From contig NC_043000.1 of NCBI RefSeq assembly GCF_006345805.1, forward strand, positions 14,756,001-14,820,000: a stretch of 64,000 bases of DNA. Direction: 5' to 3'. The notes beneath the pieces are model-generated. The model made no database searches and had not been told where the DNA came from. It saw only the letters and a list, made by a program, of their open reading frames with translations. The position numbers and the translations under genes were made by a program. Position 1 is the stretch's first letter, and each line of letters opens with the position of its first letter. This document shows positions 47,301-61,439 of the stretch, piece by piece. Source of the DNA: Octopus sinensis. Lineage: Eukaryota.

Positions 47301-50300
47301 AAAAAGTATATATAGATATGTGTGAAACCCATGGTATGGGATTGATATCATAATTTGTGTACAGACATACACACATGCAAATGATTTGTTACTTTGTCGG
47401 AATGAATATTTTTACCTGTTAAATTAAATGTTTATAAGAGATTTCTTTGAGTAAAGGGCTTTGTATTCAATTAAACATAACTGTTTAATCACCATTATTA
47501 TTTTTAGAGCAGTTGATGGCAGACCCTGTGGAGTATTGGACAAAATACCTTTTGTATTCTTGGTCCAAATCTCTCCAGGTTTGGCTTTGCCATTCATAAT
47601 TTCAGGGATGATAAAATAAGAACCAATGAAGTACTGTGGCTTTGTGCCTATGTTGGAAATCACTATTATTATTATTGTTATTAATAACCTGTTATATGGA
47701 ATTATGGTACAAAACCAAGTTTGTAAATTTGAATTTGATTGCCAGCCAAAAACTATTTTATTAAAGACACCAAATGAATGTTGCATCTTCCATTTTTTTT
47801 TCCCCTCAGCTATAAACCTGAAATGTCATGTGCATGTAAGAAATCATCATTATTATTATTATTTTATTATCATACAGATCAACAGATTGACAAAGGGGGC
47901 AGAAAACTGAATTTTTACAAAATCTAGTTTTTTGCCATACCTATCTTAAGTCAATTCTCTCTAAGGTTTACTTTATTTTTCATCCCTGCAAAGTTGATAA
48001 AAATACCTGTAATATACTGGTACTTTACAATTTACTATTCCCCTTATCTCTTACACAAACGGTCTTGTGCCTTGCAAAAATCTTCAACGTTATATCGTTA
48101 TGGAATCAGGAATGCATTGAACTAAATACTTTCTTGTATTTATTAATATCTTCCTTCTGTGTTCCAAATTCAGATCCACCACAGTTGAATTTGCCTTTAA
48201 TTCTCCTGGGGATTTGATGAAACAAGTACCAGTCCCTATACTGGGGTCAATTCCTTTGACTGCCTCCCTTCCCCTACAAATTTTTGGCCTTGTGCCAATT
48301 TATAAAAAAAAAAAAATTCATCACACCATAATTATTTTTATTGGGTTCCAAGAAGCTTGCGAAATATTACAAACGTTTCTTCTCCCCCCCCCCTTTTTTT
48401 TCTCTTCCATTTTTTGGAAAGTTGTCGGTTAGTACTTATGTAAATACCATTGGTCTCTCATCTAGATCATCGAAGCCAAGCAACTGTATATATTCTTTCC
48501 CATGGAAAGTACTTGCATGTTAACCACGAACCCTGCTACTTCCTGCAGGGTATCTGGCACCCTTCATCAACATTGTCATATAATAATTCTATCTACCCCA
48601 CCTTTGTTGTTACGGATTTTTTTTTGTATATTTTTCACATTATTATTATAACACTGTATATTTTCCCTCCATTTTTCTATAATAAAGGTAAATAACAACA
48701 AAAAAAACTATATCCATGTATCTTTTTGATAGTAAAAACAAAATCAGTAATTGTACACAATTTGTAGAAAAAGCAACATGTTCTTAACATTTATTTTTTT
48801 TTCTCTCTCTCTGTAGCTCTTTTGTTATGTTGTTTCAGTATGATTGTCAGTTATGGCCAGTCTTGCGATTCAGGGGCTTAAACTTGCCCTTATTAAACCA
48901 AAGGTTTTCAGGATTCAGCTATAATCAAAAATTCATTCCCCGCCCTTTTTACTTATATAACCTTAAAGGTTCATCACATTTTCTGTGGTTTGTTAAATTT
49001 GTAGTTGTTCCTTTCCTAAATCCCTCACCTTTCTCATTTTGTTTCCCTTTTAAATATTTCTCACTCTCAGCTGTCCTTTCCATTATTTATAGATATTCAG
49101 AATATTTTATGAATACTCTAAACAAAAAGTACACTCACACACACACACATATATATATGTATATATATATACATTCGGAGACCCCCTTCGGTCATGACAC
49201 AGACCATGGGATTGCACCTAGAAAGTTACCCTCCTAGACACAAGTCCGGGTGAGGTTGTTTATGGAAGACCAGCAGTCGCCCATGCATACCAGCCTCCCC
49301 TCTCCTCGCCACCAGTGTTATCCAAGGGAAAGACAAAGGTCGATACAGCTTGGCACCAGTGACGTCGCAACTCATTTCTACATATATATACACACATATA
49401 TACACATGTTCTTTCTCATTTTATAATTTTTAAAATATTTTTAACTGTGCCTTCTTTGTCCCAAGTTATTCACTTACTGACATATATTACTATACCTGTT
49501 ATTTCTCGTGACACTTCTGAGGTTTTCTTCATTATTAAAGTGTCATTTATCTAACATTAAGGAATGTTTCAAGTGTCACAAAATGTTTTGAAAGGGTGTG
49601 GATTTTCTTTCTACTTAGAGAAAACAAAAACGTTTTATAAGTAGACCAAAGTGTTGTTTAAATTCTTCTAACCATTGATTTTTTTTTTTTTTTTTTTTTA
49701 ACTTCCATTTTGGTCAACTGGCAGAAAAAACTTGCTTTAATTCTTGTAATATTGTCATCAACCAAAAAGAAAAATTTAGTTGATGACTTTGAATGTTTAA
49801 TTTTATAACTAATGAAATTAGATCTGAAGTTTTTGGTCCTCAGTGAATATGTTGAGGTTTGTTGGGCTGTTCCAGTGACCTTTTTTTAATTTTTGTTAAT
49901 TATATTTCTGCCCAACTGTTTCACTGAGAATTTATCACACCTCATTTGATACGATACACAAATATTCACACACGCATATTACGTATATACAATATTACAA
50001 CCTAAGTCAAGAGATTAAGAATGCAGACTTATTTGATGTTTTTGTTGCCTTGGATGTCTTACCACTTTACCTGAAAAGGTAAATCATTGGGTTCACATCG
50101 AAGTAGTTCTTTATATATTTATACCATTTGAATTTTCCCCTTTTCTAACAAATGTATACTGTTTTTTTTTTTAATGTAAATTTTCAGTGAATCTCTGCTA
50201 TACTTACAGAGCATTTCCATAAAGTTTATTTGCTTTTGAAATATTCTTGAATATAAACACAACATAACATACATATATATTTATATATATTTAAAAATAA

Positions 50301-50879
50301 ATATTAAAACCCTGTTTCATTGTATTTTTTTTTTTTGTTACACAATTGTACCTACTTGGATTTTTTTTTTTTCTCTCCCCTCTTTTTAGTATATAGATCT
50401 TTTCTCTACATGTTTGGGGAAAATACCTTGAAGTTAATAACAGATATGGTCTGCTGTGCAGGTGTATGTGCATGTGTGCTTGCGTGTGTGTGTGTTGTAC
50501 ATGTTTAAATAAAAAAACAAAAAACTATTGTTCTTATTTGATACTGAGCTATTTATCGTTTCAAAATGGTTGACTTTAGTTGAAAAGAAAAGAGTGGACG
50601 TATCTTAATGATTCAACTATCAAAGAAGATACCAGCTAGCAATAACTTGAAACTTGCATGCTATTCATACAGAAAGAATGAGGAGGGATGTTATAGATGT
50701 ATCACTGTTATATACTCACAGTGAAATACTGTTTGGTTCATGTGTGTAGATCTATTCTAGTAATAAATGTTATTTACAGTCAGTTCTCTTGGTCTTCTTT
50801 TTATCTCTTTCTATATATATACTGTCAGCCTTGACTCGACAGTTAATGTTTGCTTTTGTTGTCATTGTATGTCTATATT

Positions 50880-51057
50880 GTGTAAAGCACCCACTACACT
50901 CACGGAGTGGTTGGCGTTAGGAAGGGCATCCAGCCGTAGAAACACTGCCAGATCTGACTGGGCCTGATGAAGCCTTCCAGCTTCACAGACCCCAGTTGAA
51001 CCGTCCAACCCATGCTAGCATGGAAAACGGACGCTAAATGATGATGATGATGATGAT
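50880..51057 (+). mobile_element. Family S4 short copy
   Basis: Shared 3' end; a diverged minus copy follows at 51416-51760. Confidence 0.8.
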
Positions 51058-51060
51058 ATT

Positions 51061-51293
51061 AAGGCAGCGAGCTGGCAGAAACGTTAGCACGCCGGGCGAA
51101 ATGCGTAGCCATATTTCGTCTGTCATTACGTTCCGAGTTCAAATTCCGCCGAGGTCGTCTTTGCCTTTCATCCTTTCTGGGTCGATAAATTAAGTACCAG
51201 TTACGCACTGGGGTCGATGTAATCGACTTAATCCCTTTGTCTGTCCTTGTTTGTCCCCTCTGTGTTTAGCCCCTTGTGGGTAGTAAAGAAATA
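51061..51293 (+). mobile_element. SINE family S2
   Basis: Full consensus match. Other copies lie at 63416-63570 and, split by an S4 insertion, at 54040-54500. Confidence 0.85.
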
Positions 51294-52192
51294 TATATTG
51301 TGTTGTTGCCACCTTACTGTACCTTTTTAATCCAGCCCAAATATTCTGTTTTATGCTCAAACCAGCCAGGTCTGGTCTCTCACATCCACCCTACAATGTC
51401 ATTCTAAAAATATACAATCATCATCATTTAATGTCCATTGTCCATGCTGGCACGAGTTGGATGGTTTGACAAGAGCTGGAAAGCTGGGGAGATGCACCAG
51501 ACTCCACTCTGATTTAGCATGGTTTCTACAGCTGGATGCCCTTCCTAATCCCAACCACTTAACCGATGCTTGGGTGCTTTTACGTGGTGCCACTACAGGT
51601 GCTGTACACTACCAGAGGGACCAGTCTTAACACTTCTGCTGCAGAGTACAGGTCATCACCTGTGCTGGTGGAGTACTGAGAGCACCATCCAAACGTGATC
51701 GTTGCCAGAGTGGCTGACTGGTTTCCATGACATAGCATGAACTCCTTGGCAAAGCCATAAAGATACAACATATTTAATAACACCATGTATGACTGGCTAA
51801 AAACCACATCTTCTAATCAGTGTCACCCAAAGGCATGGACACACTAGGCAATTGCCCGGGGACTTCGCAGGTCTAGGAGTCCAATTCTGATCTATGTATA
51901 CTGTGGCTTGCTGTCAATAAAGCTCAGTACACTGATTTGCCCAGGTGTCTACAATGCTGCTAAGACAACCTTGCTTTTAATGTAGAACCATACACTTCTA
52001 CTGAATTTACTAAGTACAGTGGAGCTTTCAGTATCGGTTCCTCCTGTGCTCTCCAGCACATTGGGCAGCAAGTTCATGCCACTGGTTTCTGTTGGCTGCA
52101 GTTTTCTATGCATCTGGTCATGTGATACTAAAGGTAAAGTTATCTTCCCGGATCATGCCAACTCACAAGGGCTGGTTTCCCAGTTTCATATC

Positions 52193-52229
<37 letters not shown>

Positions 52230-52741
52230 TTCCTCCTCTGGACGGGATGCCAGTCTGTCACAGGATTACTCATCTTTTGCCAGCTGAGAGAACAGGAGCA
52301 ACATGAAATGAAGGGTTTTGCTTAAGAACACAATGCATCACGTGGTTCAAGAATCAAAACCACAATCTTACGATCATGAGTCCAATATCCTAACCACTAA
52401 GCCATGCACCTCTCTCATGTTGGTTATGTTTTGTGCCATACAGTTTTTGGTCTTTCTCGCTTTCTTCTCTTCCCACTAATGGTGTCCATTTGAAAACTGT
52501 TCTAGAATGGCATTATTTTGGTAGCTGCAGTAACTTTAAGGGAACAAAATTTAGCTGAAAGGGAAGTAGATTCAAGAGGAAATCAGAACATCAGTCATTA
52601 TTGTAATAATTTCTCTCAAATCTGAAGACCATTAAAACAAAATAATGAAGATGAATATGTTGTATAATAAATAAACTTTAAATAGTTTAATACAGATTTA
52701 ACAATACAGTATTTAATAATTCTTTTACATTTCAATATTGA

Positions 52742-53136
52742 TTACCTCTGCCAAGGAAGGAGGTTATGTTTTTATTGGTGTTGGTTTGTCCATCTGTGTG
52801 CAAAATAATTCAAAAAGTTGTGAACGGTATTTGATGAAACTTGCAGGAAAAGTTGGCAATGACACAAAGAACAGATGGTGAAATTTTGGTAGTGATCCGG
52901 GAATTTTTATGGATTCTTGAAGGATTTTTCATTTGCTATATTTACTTTACATGAAGTATTACAATGTTACGTTCTTTATCTCCCTTGAAAACATGTTCAT
53001 CATTTCCATGTAACTTATGGTGGCATTGCTGCTTTCAAAGTTTATTTTCATTTCTCTAATAGTAATTTTACTCGCGTATCTATCTTAAAATGAGCTGCTT
53101 GGCAGAGGTCTGTGCTCTCTGAATGCTTTTCTAGTT
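52742..53136 (+). mobile_element. Helentron-associated / DINE-1-like non-autonomous element
   Basis: Subterminal inverted repeat acctctgccaag (52744-52755) / cttggcagaggt (53098-53109), gtttgtccatctgt tract near the 5' end, and a 3' ctagtttt end. Confidence 0.7.
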
Positions 53137-53212
53137 TTTATTTTTTGACTTACGTAAAGGAGTTATTTTAATGGAAGGGGAAGGGTCCATTTAAATCTGA
53201 TGTAGTACATTT

Positions 53213-53530
53213 TCACTTCAATTTTTCTTTCTTACATACTAAGTCTGGAGGAAGGGTTGTGCCAATGACTTTTGCAATTCCTTTGAGACTAATGAAGTCG
53301 ATGATGTTAATGTTTTGTTTAAATTGCTGGAAGTTGGCTCCTGCAGGAAAGACATGAACAGGGAGGAGATTCCAAGGAGCCAATGTTCTGGGAAGGGAAG
53401 ACTGGCTATAGTGGTTAGCGCCAGACCTGGCAATTGCATACAACAAGTGAGTCGAGAGCACCTGAGTGGAAGAGTTACAAGAACAGTCAACTCAGAGGAA
53501 CAGAGGCCATTATAGTAGTGATAATAAGGC
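53213..53530 (-). mobile_element. LINE (CR1/L2/Jockey group) ORF2 C-terminal remnant
   Basis: HYSQSSLPRTLAPWNLLPVHVFPAGANFQQFKQNIN fits the SFxPRTxxxWNxLP...FK motif. Confidence 0.7.
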
Positions 53531-53791
53531 TGTATCATACAATGCACGTACCCTTCAATGATGTCCAGACTATCTTATAGTACTTGATAACATCAAACCA
53601 CAAGTCACAAGTAGTAATTATTCCTTAGAAGACATCTATTATTCCACAGTTTGTGAAAATTCAAAATTCAAGACTCTGACACATTATATGCAATCATCAC
53701 CATAGCCTGGTACTTATTTCATCAGTCTCTTTCACCAAACTGCTAAGTTACAGTGATGTAAACACAGATGCAAAGACATACACATACACAG

Positions 53792-53825
<34 letters not shown>

Positions 53826-53829
53826 ACAG

Positions 53830-54932
53830 ACTCCCCTGGCACCTGTGCCGGTGGCACGTAAAAAGCACCCACTACACTCGTGGAGTGGTTGGCGTTAGGA
53901 AGGGCATCCAGCTGTAGAAACACTGCCAGATTAGATTGGAGCCTGGTGCAGCCCCTGGCTTCCCAGACCCCGGTCAAACCGTCCAACCCGTGCTAGCAAG
54001 GAAAACGGACATTAAACGATGATGATGATGATGATGATCAAAGGTGGCAAGCTGGTAGAATTGTTAGCAAAATGCTTAATGGTAATTCATGTCTTCACTG
54101 TGCAGGTGGCACATAAAAAGCACCATTTGAGCGTGGCCATTGCCAGTACTGCCTGACTGGCCCTCATGCAGGTGGCACATAAAAGCACCCGCCACACTCT
54201 CAGAGTGGTTGGCATTAGGAAGGGCATCCAGCTGTAGAAACTCTGCCAGATTAGATTGGAGCCTGGTGCAGCCATCTGGTTCGCCAGACCTCAGTCAACT
54301 CGTCCAACCCATGCTAGCATGGAAAGCAGACGTTAAACGATGATGATGATAATGTTCTGAGTTCAAATTCTACCAAGGTTGACTTTGCATTTCATCTTTC
54401 CAGTGTCGATTAAATAAGTACCAGTTAACCACTGGTGTTAATGTAATCGACTTAATCCCTCCCACCAAATTTCAGGCCTTGTGCCTACAGTAGAAAGGAT
54501 TATCTGCAGTCATCATATTTTTCTTGGATAACTGTAGATTCCCTACAGGGTCCATATAGGTTGACATGTAAATGGCATAAAACTGACCGCTACAAGTATA
54601 GGCAGCTGAGAATGTGTACATATTTCGAGTGTTCATATTCTCATAGGCTCTTAAGACAGTCAGTTAATAGAAAACTGTGCCAGTGGCATGTGTAAAAGAT
54701 TCGAGCGAGGTCATTGCCAGTACTGCCTGATTGGCCCCATGCCAGTGGCACGTAAAAGCACCCACTACACTCTCGGAGTGGTTGGCATTAGGAAGGGCAT
54801 CCAGCTGTAGAAACTCTGCCAGATCAAGATTGAAGCCTGGTGCTGCCATCTGGTTCGCCAACCCTCAGTGAAATCGTCCAACCCATGCTAGCATGGAAAG
54901 CGGACGTTAAACGATGATGATGATGATGATGA
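53830..54932 (+). mobile_element. Cluster of three same-orientation S4 copies (53830-54037, 54090-54352, 54670-54932)
   Basis: Three (GAT)n-tailed 3' ends within 1.1 kb. Confidence 0.8.
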
Positions 54933-55294
54933 CTTCTTGGTATTGAACTATATTTCTCTACTTTATGGGTCGACTTTGTTCTTTATCTTATCCCTGCAGG
55001 GCTCAATAAAATAAATACCTGTAATATACAGGTACTGATTTCCAATAGCATAACAAAGTTTCTCAGTATCCAAGAACAAACACACTTTTGGTGCCCACCC
55101 CTTAATAGGCATGACAGACCAGAGAAACTTTTGCATTCTTTCATGGCTGCACCGGGAGGCTGTTGGAAAGCATATTTTCTAGTCATGCCTCTGTTGGTTA
55201 GCTCTCCAATAAAAGTCAGTCTTGTGTATAGTCTCCAGCCATACTGTTTGTAGTTAGTCTCTACTGATATACAGACTGCTAACACAAGGGTTCA

Positions 55295-55300
55295 TTTATT
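55295..55300 (-). terminator. Candidate AATAAA poly(A) signal of the IQCC-like gene
   Basis: AATAAA on the minus strand about 120 nt downstream of the stop. The hexamer is common in AT-rich DNA, so this is tentative. Confidence 0.3.
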
Positions 55301-55417
55301 CTTTGGCTGATTGAACCATAGGAACACTGTTTTCTTTCAGGGATGTTCACATCCATTGCCCTGGCAACTCTCCATATTTCAAAACTCTTGTGTCAAATGC
55401 TGAAGCTTGGTATGGAA

Positions 55418-55450
55418 TCATGTTTCAATCTGAGACTTCAGCTGGAGATA
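55418..55450 (-). CDS. IQCC: IQCC-like terminal coding exon: YLQLKSQIET*
   Basis: Minus-strand atcttttcag| acceptor, phase 0, TGA at 55420-55418; completes SRKN|YLxLK as in IQCC (SRKEYLLLK). Confidence 0.8.
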   Translation of the reverse strand, partial: YLQLKSQIET

Positions 55451-55508
55451 CTGAAAAGATAAAACTGATACATCATGTCACATACTTGTAATTAAACTAT
55501 GATCATAA

Positions 55509-55871
55509 TACTCTTTTACTTGTTTCAGTCATTTGACTGCGGCCATACTGGAGGACCGCCTTTAGTCAAGCAAATCGACCCCAGGACTTATTCTTTGTAA
55601 GCCTAGTTCTTATTCTATCGGTCTCTTTTGCCAAACCACTAAGTTATGGGGACATAAACACACCACCATCGGTTGTCAAACGATGTTGGGGGGACAAACA
55701 CAGACACACATGCATATATACGACAAGCCTCCTTCAGTTTCCATTTACCAAATCCACTCACAAGGCTTTGGTCGGCCCAAGGCTATAGTAGAAACATTTG
55801 CCCAAGGTGCCACGCAGTGGGAATGAACCTGGAACCATGTGGTTGGTAAGCAAGCTACTTACCACACAGCC
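55509..55871 (-). mobile_element. SINE family S1
   Basis: Full-length match. Confidence 0.85.
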
Positions 55872-56824
55872 TTGTCATTCTCCCACAATTTCCACACCAT
55901 AAGGGCCACAATGGAAACGGATCTACATCATCATTGCTTAGATTAAGAATTACTGCATTTTGCAGCATACAAGTCAGATTTATCAGATTAAAAAAGCTAG
56001 GTCAACATTCACACCAAAACGACTTTGGAGGACCAAAAATTCCATTTAAAATGCATAAGAATTTGGAAAGATAGTTACAATGTTTGAATGTTTCCACTAT
56101 ATACATCAACTTGTATGCCAGAAAATATGGTAAATAAGAAATTTCTATTAAAATTAGAGGCAAATCAGAAGACTGAATGATTGGTGCTGTCAGTTCCAGT
56201 GACAAGGGTTCCAGTTGTCCTGATCAACGGAAGAGCCTGCTTGTGGCTGAACACTCCGCAGACTTTTATACCCTTAACGTAGTTCTCAGGAAGATTCAGC
56301 ATGGCACTGAATGTTACTAAGCTGGTCCATTGAAATCCAGGTACTACTTATTTTTGCTAGCTGTGTGTACTGGAGGAATGTGAAATAAAGTGTCTTGCTC
56401 AAGGACAAAACACACCACCAGGAATTGAACTTATGCTCTTACGCTCATGAACCAAATACCCTAACCACTAAGACATGTGTAGTGACGCCATTTTAGAAGT
56501 CTTCAGCGCACATGTGCAGAGTTGGATTCTTCCGGGAGGCCTGGCAGAAGTTCCCTCATGCGCATGTGCAGAGAACTAGCAGTAGCAAAACTTCCTGCGT
56601 ATCGATCTCTCTCGAAGCTGACAGTCGAATAGAATGGATGCATTCTCACAGCTCTCCCAAGTTGCCACCATGTGGCGACACTACACTATGCTGGAACGAG
56701 ACAAGATTTGGTTCACACCACTTAACTACTGTGACTAGCTCCGAAGGAAATATATATATATTATTCGCCCCGAAGGAAATATATATATATTATTGCGAAT
56801 CGAGAAAAATAAAAATATTTATGC

Positions 56825-57222
56825 TCTCTTACTCTTTACTCTTTTACTTGTTTCAGTCATTTGACTGCGGCCATGCTGGAGCACCGCCTTTAGTCGAGCA
56901 AATCGATCCCGGGACTTATTCTTTGTAAGCCCAGTACTTATTCTATCGGTCTCTTTTGCCGAACCGCTAAGTGACGGGGACATAAACACACCACCATTGG
57001 TTGTCAAGCAATGCTAGGGGGACAAACACAAACATACATGCACACACATATATACATATATACGACAGGCTTCTTTCAGTTTCCGTCTACCAAATCCACT
57101 CACAAGGCTTTGGTCGGCCCGAGGCTATAGCAGGAGACACTTGCCCAAGGTGCCACTCAGTGGGACTGAACCCGGAACCATGTGGTTGGTAAACAAGCTA
57201 CTTACCACACAGCCACTCCTGC
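56825..57222 (-). mobile_element. SINE family S1
   Basis: Full-length match. Confidence 0.85.
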
Positions 57223-57748
57223 TGTTGAAGATATTCAAAGTCTTGGTTTTTCCTTCGACAAATAATTTAATGTAAGGGATGAGACCTGCACCCCTCCAGT
57301 GTTAAAGATCTTTCATCCTGTTACACATGCACCTTCACTGAATACTGAAACACTTTTGGTAATATTCCAATTGTTGCTTTTAATAAAATTTGATTTTTAG
57401 TGCAAGTTCAAGAATTATAAATTTCTTCTTCAGCCATATAACACACATAAAATCGGCTCACTGCACAGTTTCTATCTACCAATTTTTACTCACAAGACAT
57501 TGGTCAGCCTGAGGATATAAAATACTATTAACCAAGGTGCCATGCAGTGGGGTGGAACCCAAAACCACACGGCTGTAAAGAAAACTCCTTAAGTACACAG
57601 CATGCCTGCACCTATACCCAAATGTGCATTTAGTAGCTTATTCACCTGCCTAAAACATCAAAATACACCTTTCTTCACAGCATATGAAATTCTCCCATGT
57701 TGCAAATTTTATCAACAATTAGGCTGAAGGTTTTATAAATTTTATCAA

Positions 57749-57920
57749 CAGGAGTGGCTGTGTGGTAAGTAGCTTGCTTACCAGCCACACGGTTCTGGGT
57801 TCAGTCCCACTGTGTGGCACCTTGGGCAAGTGTCTTCTACTATAGCCTCGGACCAACCAAAGCCTTGTGAGTGGATTTGGTAGACGGAAACTGAAAGAAG
57901 CCCATCGTATGTATATATGT

Positions 57921-57974
<54 letters not shown>

Positions 57975-58230
57975 ATGTGTGTGTTTGTGTGTCTGTGTTT
58001 GTCCCCCTAGCATTGCTTGACAACTGATGCTGGTGTGTTTATGTCCCCGTCACCTGGCGGTTCAGCAAAAGAGACCGATAGAATAAGTATTAGGCTTACT
58101 AAGAATAAGTCTTGGGGTCAATTTGCTCGACTAAAGGTGGTGCTCCAGCACGGATACAGTCACATGACTGAAACAAGAAAAAGGGAAAAAAAAAAAGAAA
58201 GAAAAAGGGGAAAAAAAAAGAAAGAAAAAG
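57749..58230 (+). mobile_element. SINE family S1
   Basis: Full-length, A-rich tail. Confidence 0.85.
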
Positions 58231-58255
58231 AGTTATGCTAAAGCTTTCAACTCAC

Positions 58256-58371
58256 ATTTTTCCGACTTGATATTGCTTGTTGTATCCACACTAACTCCAT
58301 GGCCAAATTCTGTCTCTCCTGCAGCAAAGAGCTTGAAGTTTCTGAAGCCTGGATGTCATCTAATGTGATAT
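58256..58371 (-). CDS. IQCC: IQCC-like exon: (D)ITLDDIQASETSSSLLQERQNLAMELVWIQQAISSRKN
   Basis: Minus-strand aaatcag| acceptor and AAT|gtgagt donor; 116 nt = 2+114; matches the upstream phase-1 donor. LAMELxWxQQAIxSRK is the conserved IQCC C-terminal motif as recalled. Absent from the ORF track. Confidence 0.85.
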
Positions 58372-58464
58372 CTGATTTAAGATGAGAACAAAAGCAAATG
58401 GATTATTATCATCAAACCACACAAATAACAGCAACTTACATTACAGTATTGATACATATTTTTT

Positions 58465-58850
58465 TGGAAGCACTCCGTCGGTTACGATGACGAGGGTTCC
58501 GGTTGATCCGAATCAACGGAACAGCCTGCTCGTGAAATTAACGTGTAAGTGGCTGAGCACTCCACAGACACATGCACCCTTAACGTAGTTCTCGGGGATA
58601 TTCAGCGTGACACAGAGAGTGACAAGGCCGGCCCTTTGAAATACAGGTACAACAGAAACAGGAAGTAAGAGTGAGAGAAAGTTGTGGTGAAAGAGTACAG
58701 CAGGGTTCACCACCACCCCCTGCAGGAGCCTCGTGGAGCTTTAGGTGTTTTCGCTCAATAAACACTCACAACGCCCGGTCTGGGAATCGAAACCGCGATC
58801 CTATGACTGCGAGTCAGCTGCCCTAACCACTGGGCCATTGCGCCTCCACT
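58465..58850 (-). mobile_element. SINE family S3
   Basis: 14-bp TSD agtattgatacata (58445-58458 / 58851-58864). Confidence 0.9.
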
Positions 58851-58982
58851 AGTATTGATACATAACATATAGTATACTGCACTGTGTTTATGAAATATGA
58901 CAAAGTAATGTTTGTATATGAGGGTTAACAAGGCCATGATCCAACCAACCAACCAACCACTGTAGGGGTTTGGGGAACTGTA

Positions 58983-59348
58983 ATACTCTTACTCTTTTTA
59001 GTCTTTTACTTGTTTCAGTCATTTGACTGTGGCCATGTACGAGCACCGCCTTTAGTTGAGCAAATCGACCCCAGGACTTATTCTTTGTAAGACTAGTACT
59101 TATTCTATCGGTGTATTTTGCTGAACTGCTAAATTACAGGAATGTAAACACACCAGCATCAGTTGTCAAGCGATGTTGGGGGGACAAACACAGACACATA
59201 CACATACATCATCATAATCGTTTAACATCTGCTTTCCATGCTAGCATGGGTTGGACGATTTGACTGAGGGCTGGCAAACTAGATGGCTGCACCAGGCTTC
59301 AATCTTGATCTGGCAGAGTTTCTATAGCTGAATGCCCTTCCTAACGCC

Positions 59349-59381
<33 letters not shown>

Positions 59382-59546
59382 TACGACGGGCTTCTTTCAG
59401 TTTCCATCTACCAAATCCACTCACAAGGCTTTGGTCAGCCCGAGACTATAGTAGAAGACACTTGCCAAAGGTGCCACACAGTGGGACTGAACCTGGGACC
59501 ATGTGGTTCATAAGCAAGCTACTTACCACACAGCCACTCCTATGCC
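58983..59546 (-). mobile_element. SINE family S1 with nested S4 3' end (59207-59349)
   Basis: Head and tail halves flank an (ATC)n-started S4 fragment. Confidence 0.85.
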
Positions 59547-59624
59547 TAATGAAGAATTTTAGTGTAAACCTTGGAAAGTTTGATCTTGATCTGGGAATGG
59601 GTATGACTACTAGCACTCCATCAG

Positions 59625-59915
59625 TCATCACAAGGGTCCCACTCTACGTAAATCTACGAAATTAACGTACAAGTGGCTGAGCACTCCATAGACACGTGTA
59701 CTCTTAAATGTAGTTCTCAGGGAGATTCAGCATGACACAGGATGTGATGAGGCTGGCCTTTTGAAATACAAGTACCACTCATTTTCATCGGCTGTGTGGA
59801 CTGGAGCAACATGAAATAAAGTGTCTTGCTCAAGGACACAATGGGCCACCAGGAATTGAACTCATGATCTTACAATTGTGAACCAAATACCCTTACCACT
59901 AAGCCACATACCTTT
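59625..59915 (-). mobile_element. Hybrid SINE: S6-type head with S3-type tail
   Basis: Same chimera at 56205-56475. Confidence 0.6.
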
Positions 59916-60891
59916 ACTGGGAATGGGTTCAGTTCAGATAACTTGTTTACTTGGTCTGGCAAGAATTATATCCGAAAGTACTCAATACAAAGGAAAAACA
60001 GATATCATCATCATCATCATCGTTTTAATGCCTACTTTTCCAGGCCTTCATAAGTCAGTCAGAGTTTATTGAGGCAAATTTTCTATGACTGGATGCTTTC
60101 TCTGTCACCAAACCTCACCTGTTCCCAAGCAGGTAATATTTCTCTTTAGACAGGCATGTTTTTGCAGAATATTGGAAATGAATGACACTGCTTGTATGAG
60201 AGTGACACTCATTTACAACCATCATGTGACATTAGGGCAAGTTGACACAAACACATGCACACACACACACACACACATATCTGTATATATACGATGAACT
60301 TCTTTCAGTTTCCGTTAACCAAATCTACTCACAGAGCTTTGGTGGATATGATGCCACATAAAAAGCACTGGTGCCATGTTAAAAGTACCCAGTACTATCC
60401 GTAAAGTGGTTGCATTAGGAAGGACATCCAGCTGTAGAAACCATGTGAAAATGGCCAAGAGGGCCTGCTGTGGATCTCGGCTTTGTCAGCTCCTGTTAAA
60501 CTGTCCAATCCATGCCAACATGGAAAACGGATGTTAAATGATGATCATGATGATAATTATTATTATTGTTATTATTAATATTATTATTGTTGTTGTTGTT
60601 GATTTTGTTGTTATTACTATTATTATTAACAGCAGCAGCAGCATAAAAGGACTTTAACAGAAGGAACAAGAATGCTTTTCATTCTGAGCCACAGATTGTG
60701 GTCTAATAGGAATTAAGCAAGTTACAACATTAACACTATTAACAGCAGATCAAGATTGGAGCCTGCTGCAACCATCTGGTTCGCCAGTCCTCAGTCAAAT
60801 CGTCCAACCCATGCTAGCATGGAAAGCGGACGTTAAACGATGATGATGATGAACAGCAAAATAATAAAGATGACAATGACGATGATAATGT

Positions 60892-61228
60892 TTAACCCTT
60901 TCGTTACTGTATTTATTTTGAGATGCTCTGTGTTTCTTTCAATTATTCTAAATATAACAAAGAATTTAGTAAAATAACTTAGTTATCATTAAGCTAGGGT
61001 TGAGAACATAACTCATGACTAAAGTTTGGAAGATTTTAATTCAAAACTTATGAAAATAAAACATTTGCACTACAGAGCCAGTTTCAGCTGGGTTGGTATT
61101 GAAAGAGTTAACTCTTTCATTACTATATTTATTTTGAGATATTCTGTGTTTCTTTCAATTATTCTAACAAGACATTTGTACTACAGAACCAAAGCTGGTT
61201 TCAGCCATGTTGGTAACAAAAGGGTTAA
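60892..61228. mobile_element. Two tandem TTAA-flanked piggyBac-like MITEs (second internally deleted)
   Basis: TTAA at 60892, 61108 and 61225; terminal ccctttcgttac / gtaacaaaaggg. Confidence 0.75.
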
Positions 61229-61439
61229 GTTTAGTACAAAGAGACATACAAGGGAAGTGGGTGTGTACAGTTGGTTTAATCAGTTCAAGTACTTCACTGG
61301 AATTTATTCTATCAACCCAGGCAGAATGAAAGATAAAGTCAACTCTGGCAGTATAACCTCAGGATGTAAAAAGACGTGACTAAATATCGCAAGGAAATCA
61401 GTCAGAGATCCTAGCATTTCTGCTACTGGAATACAAATA

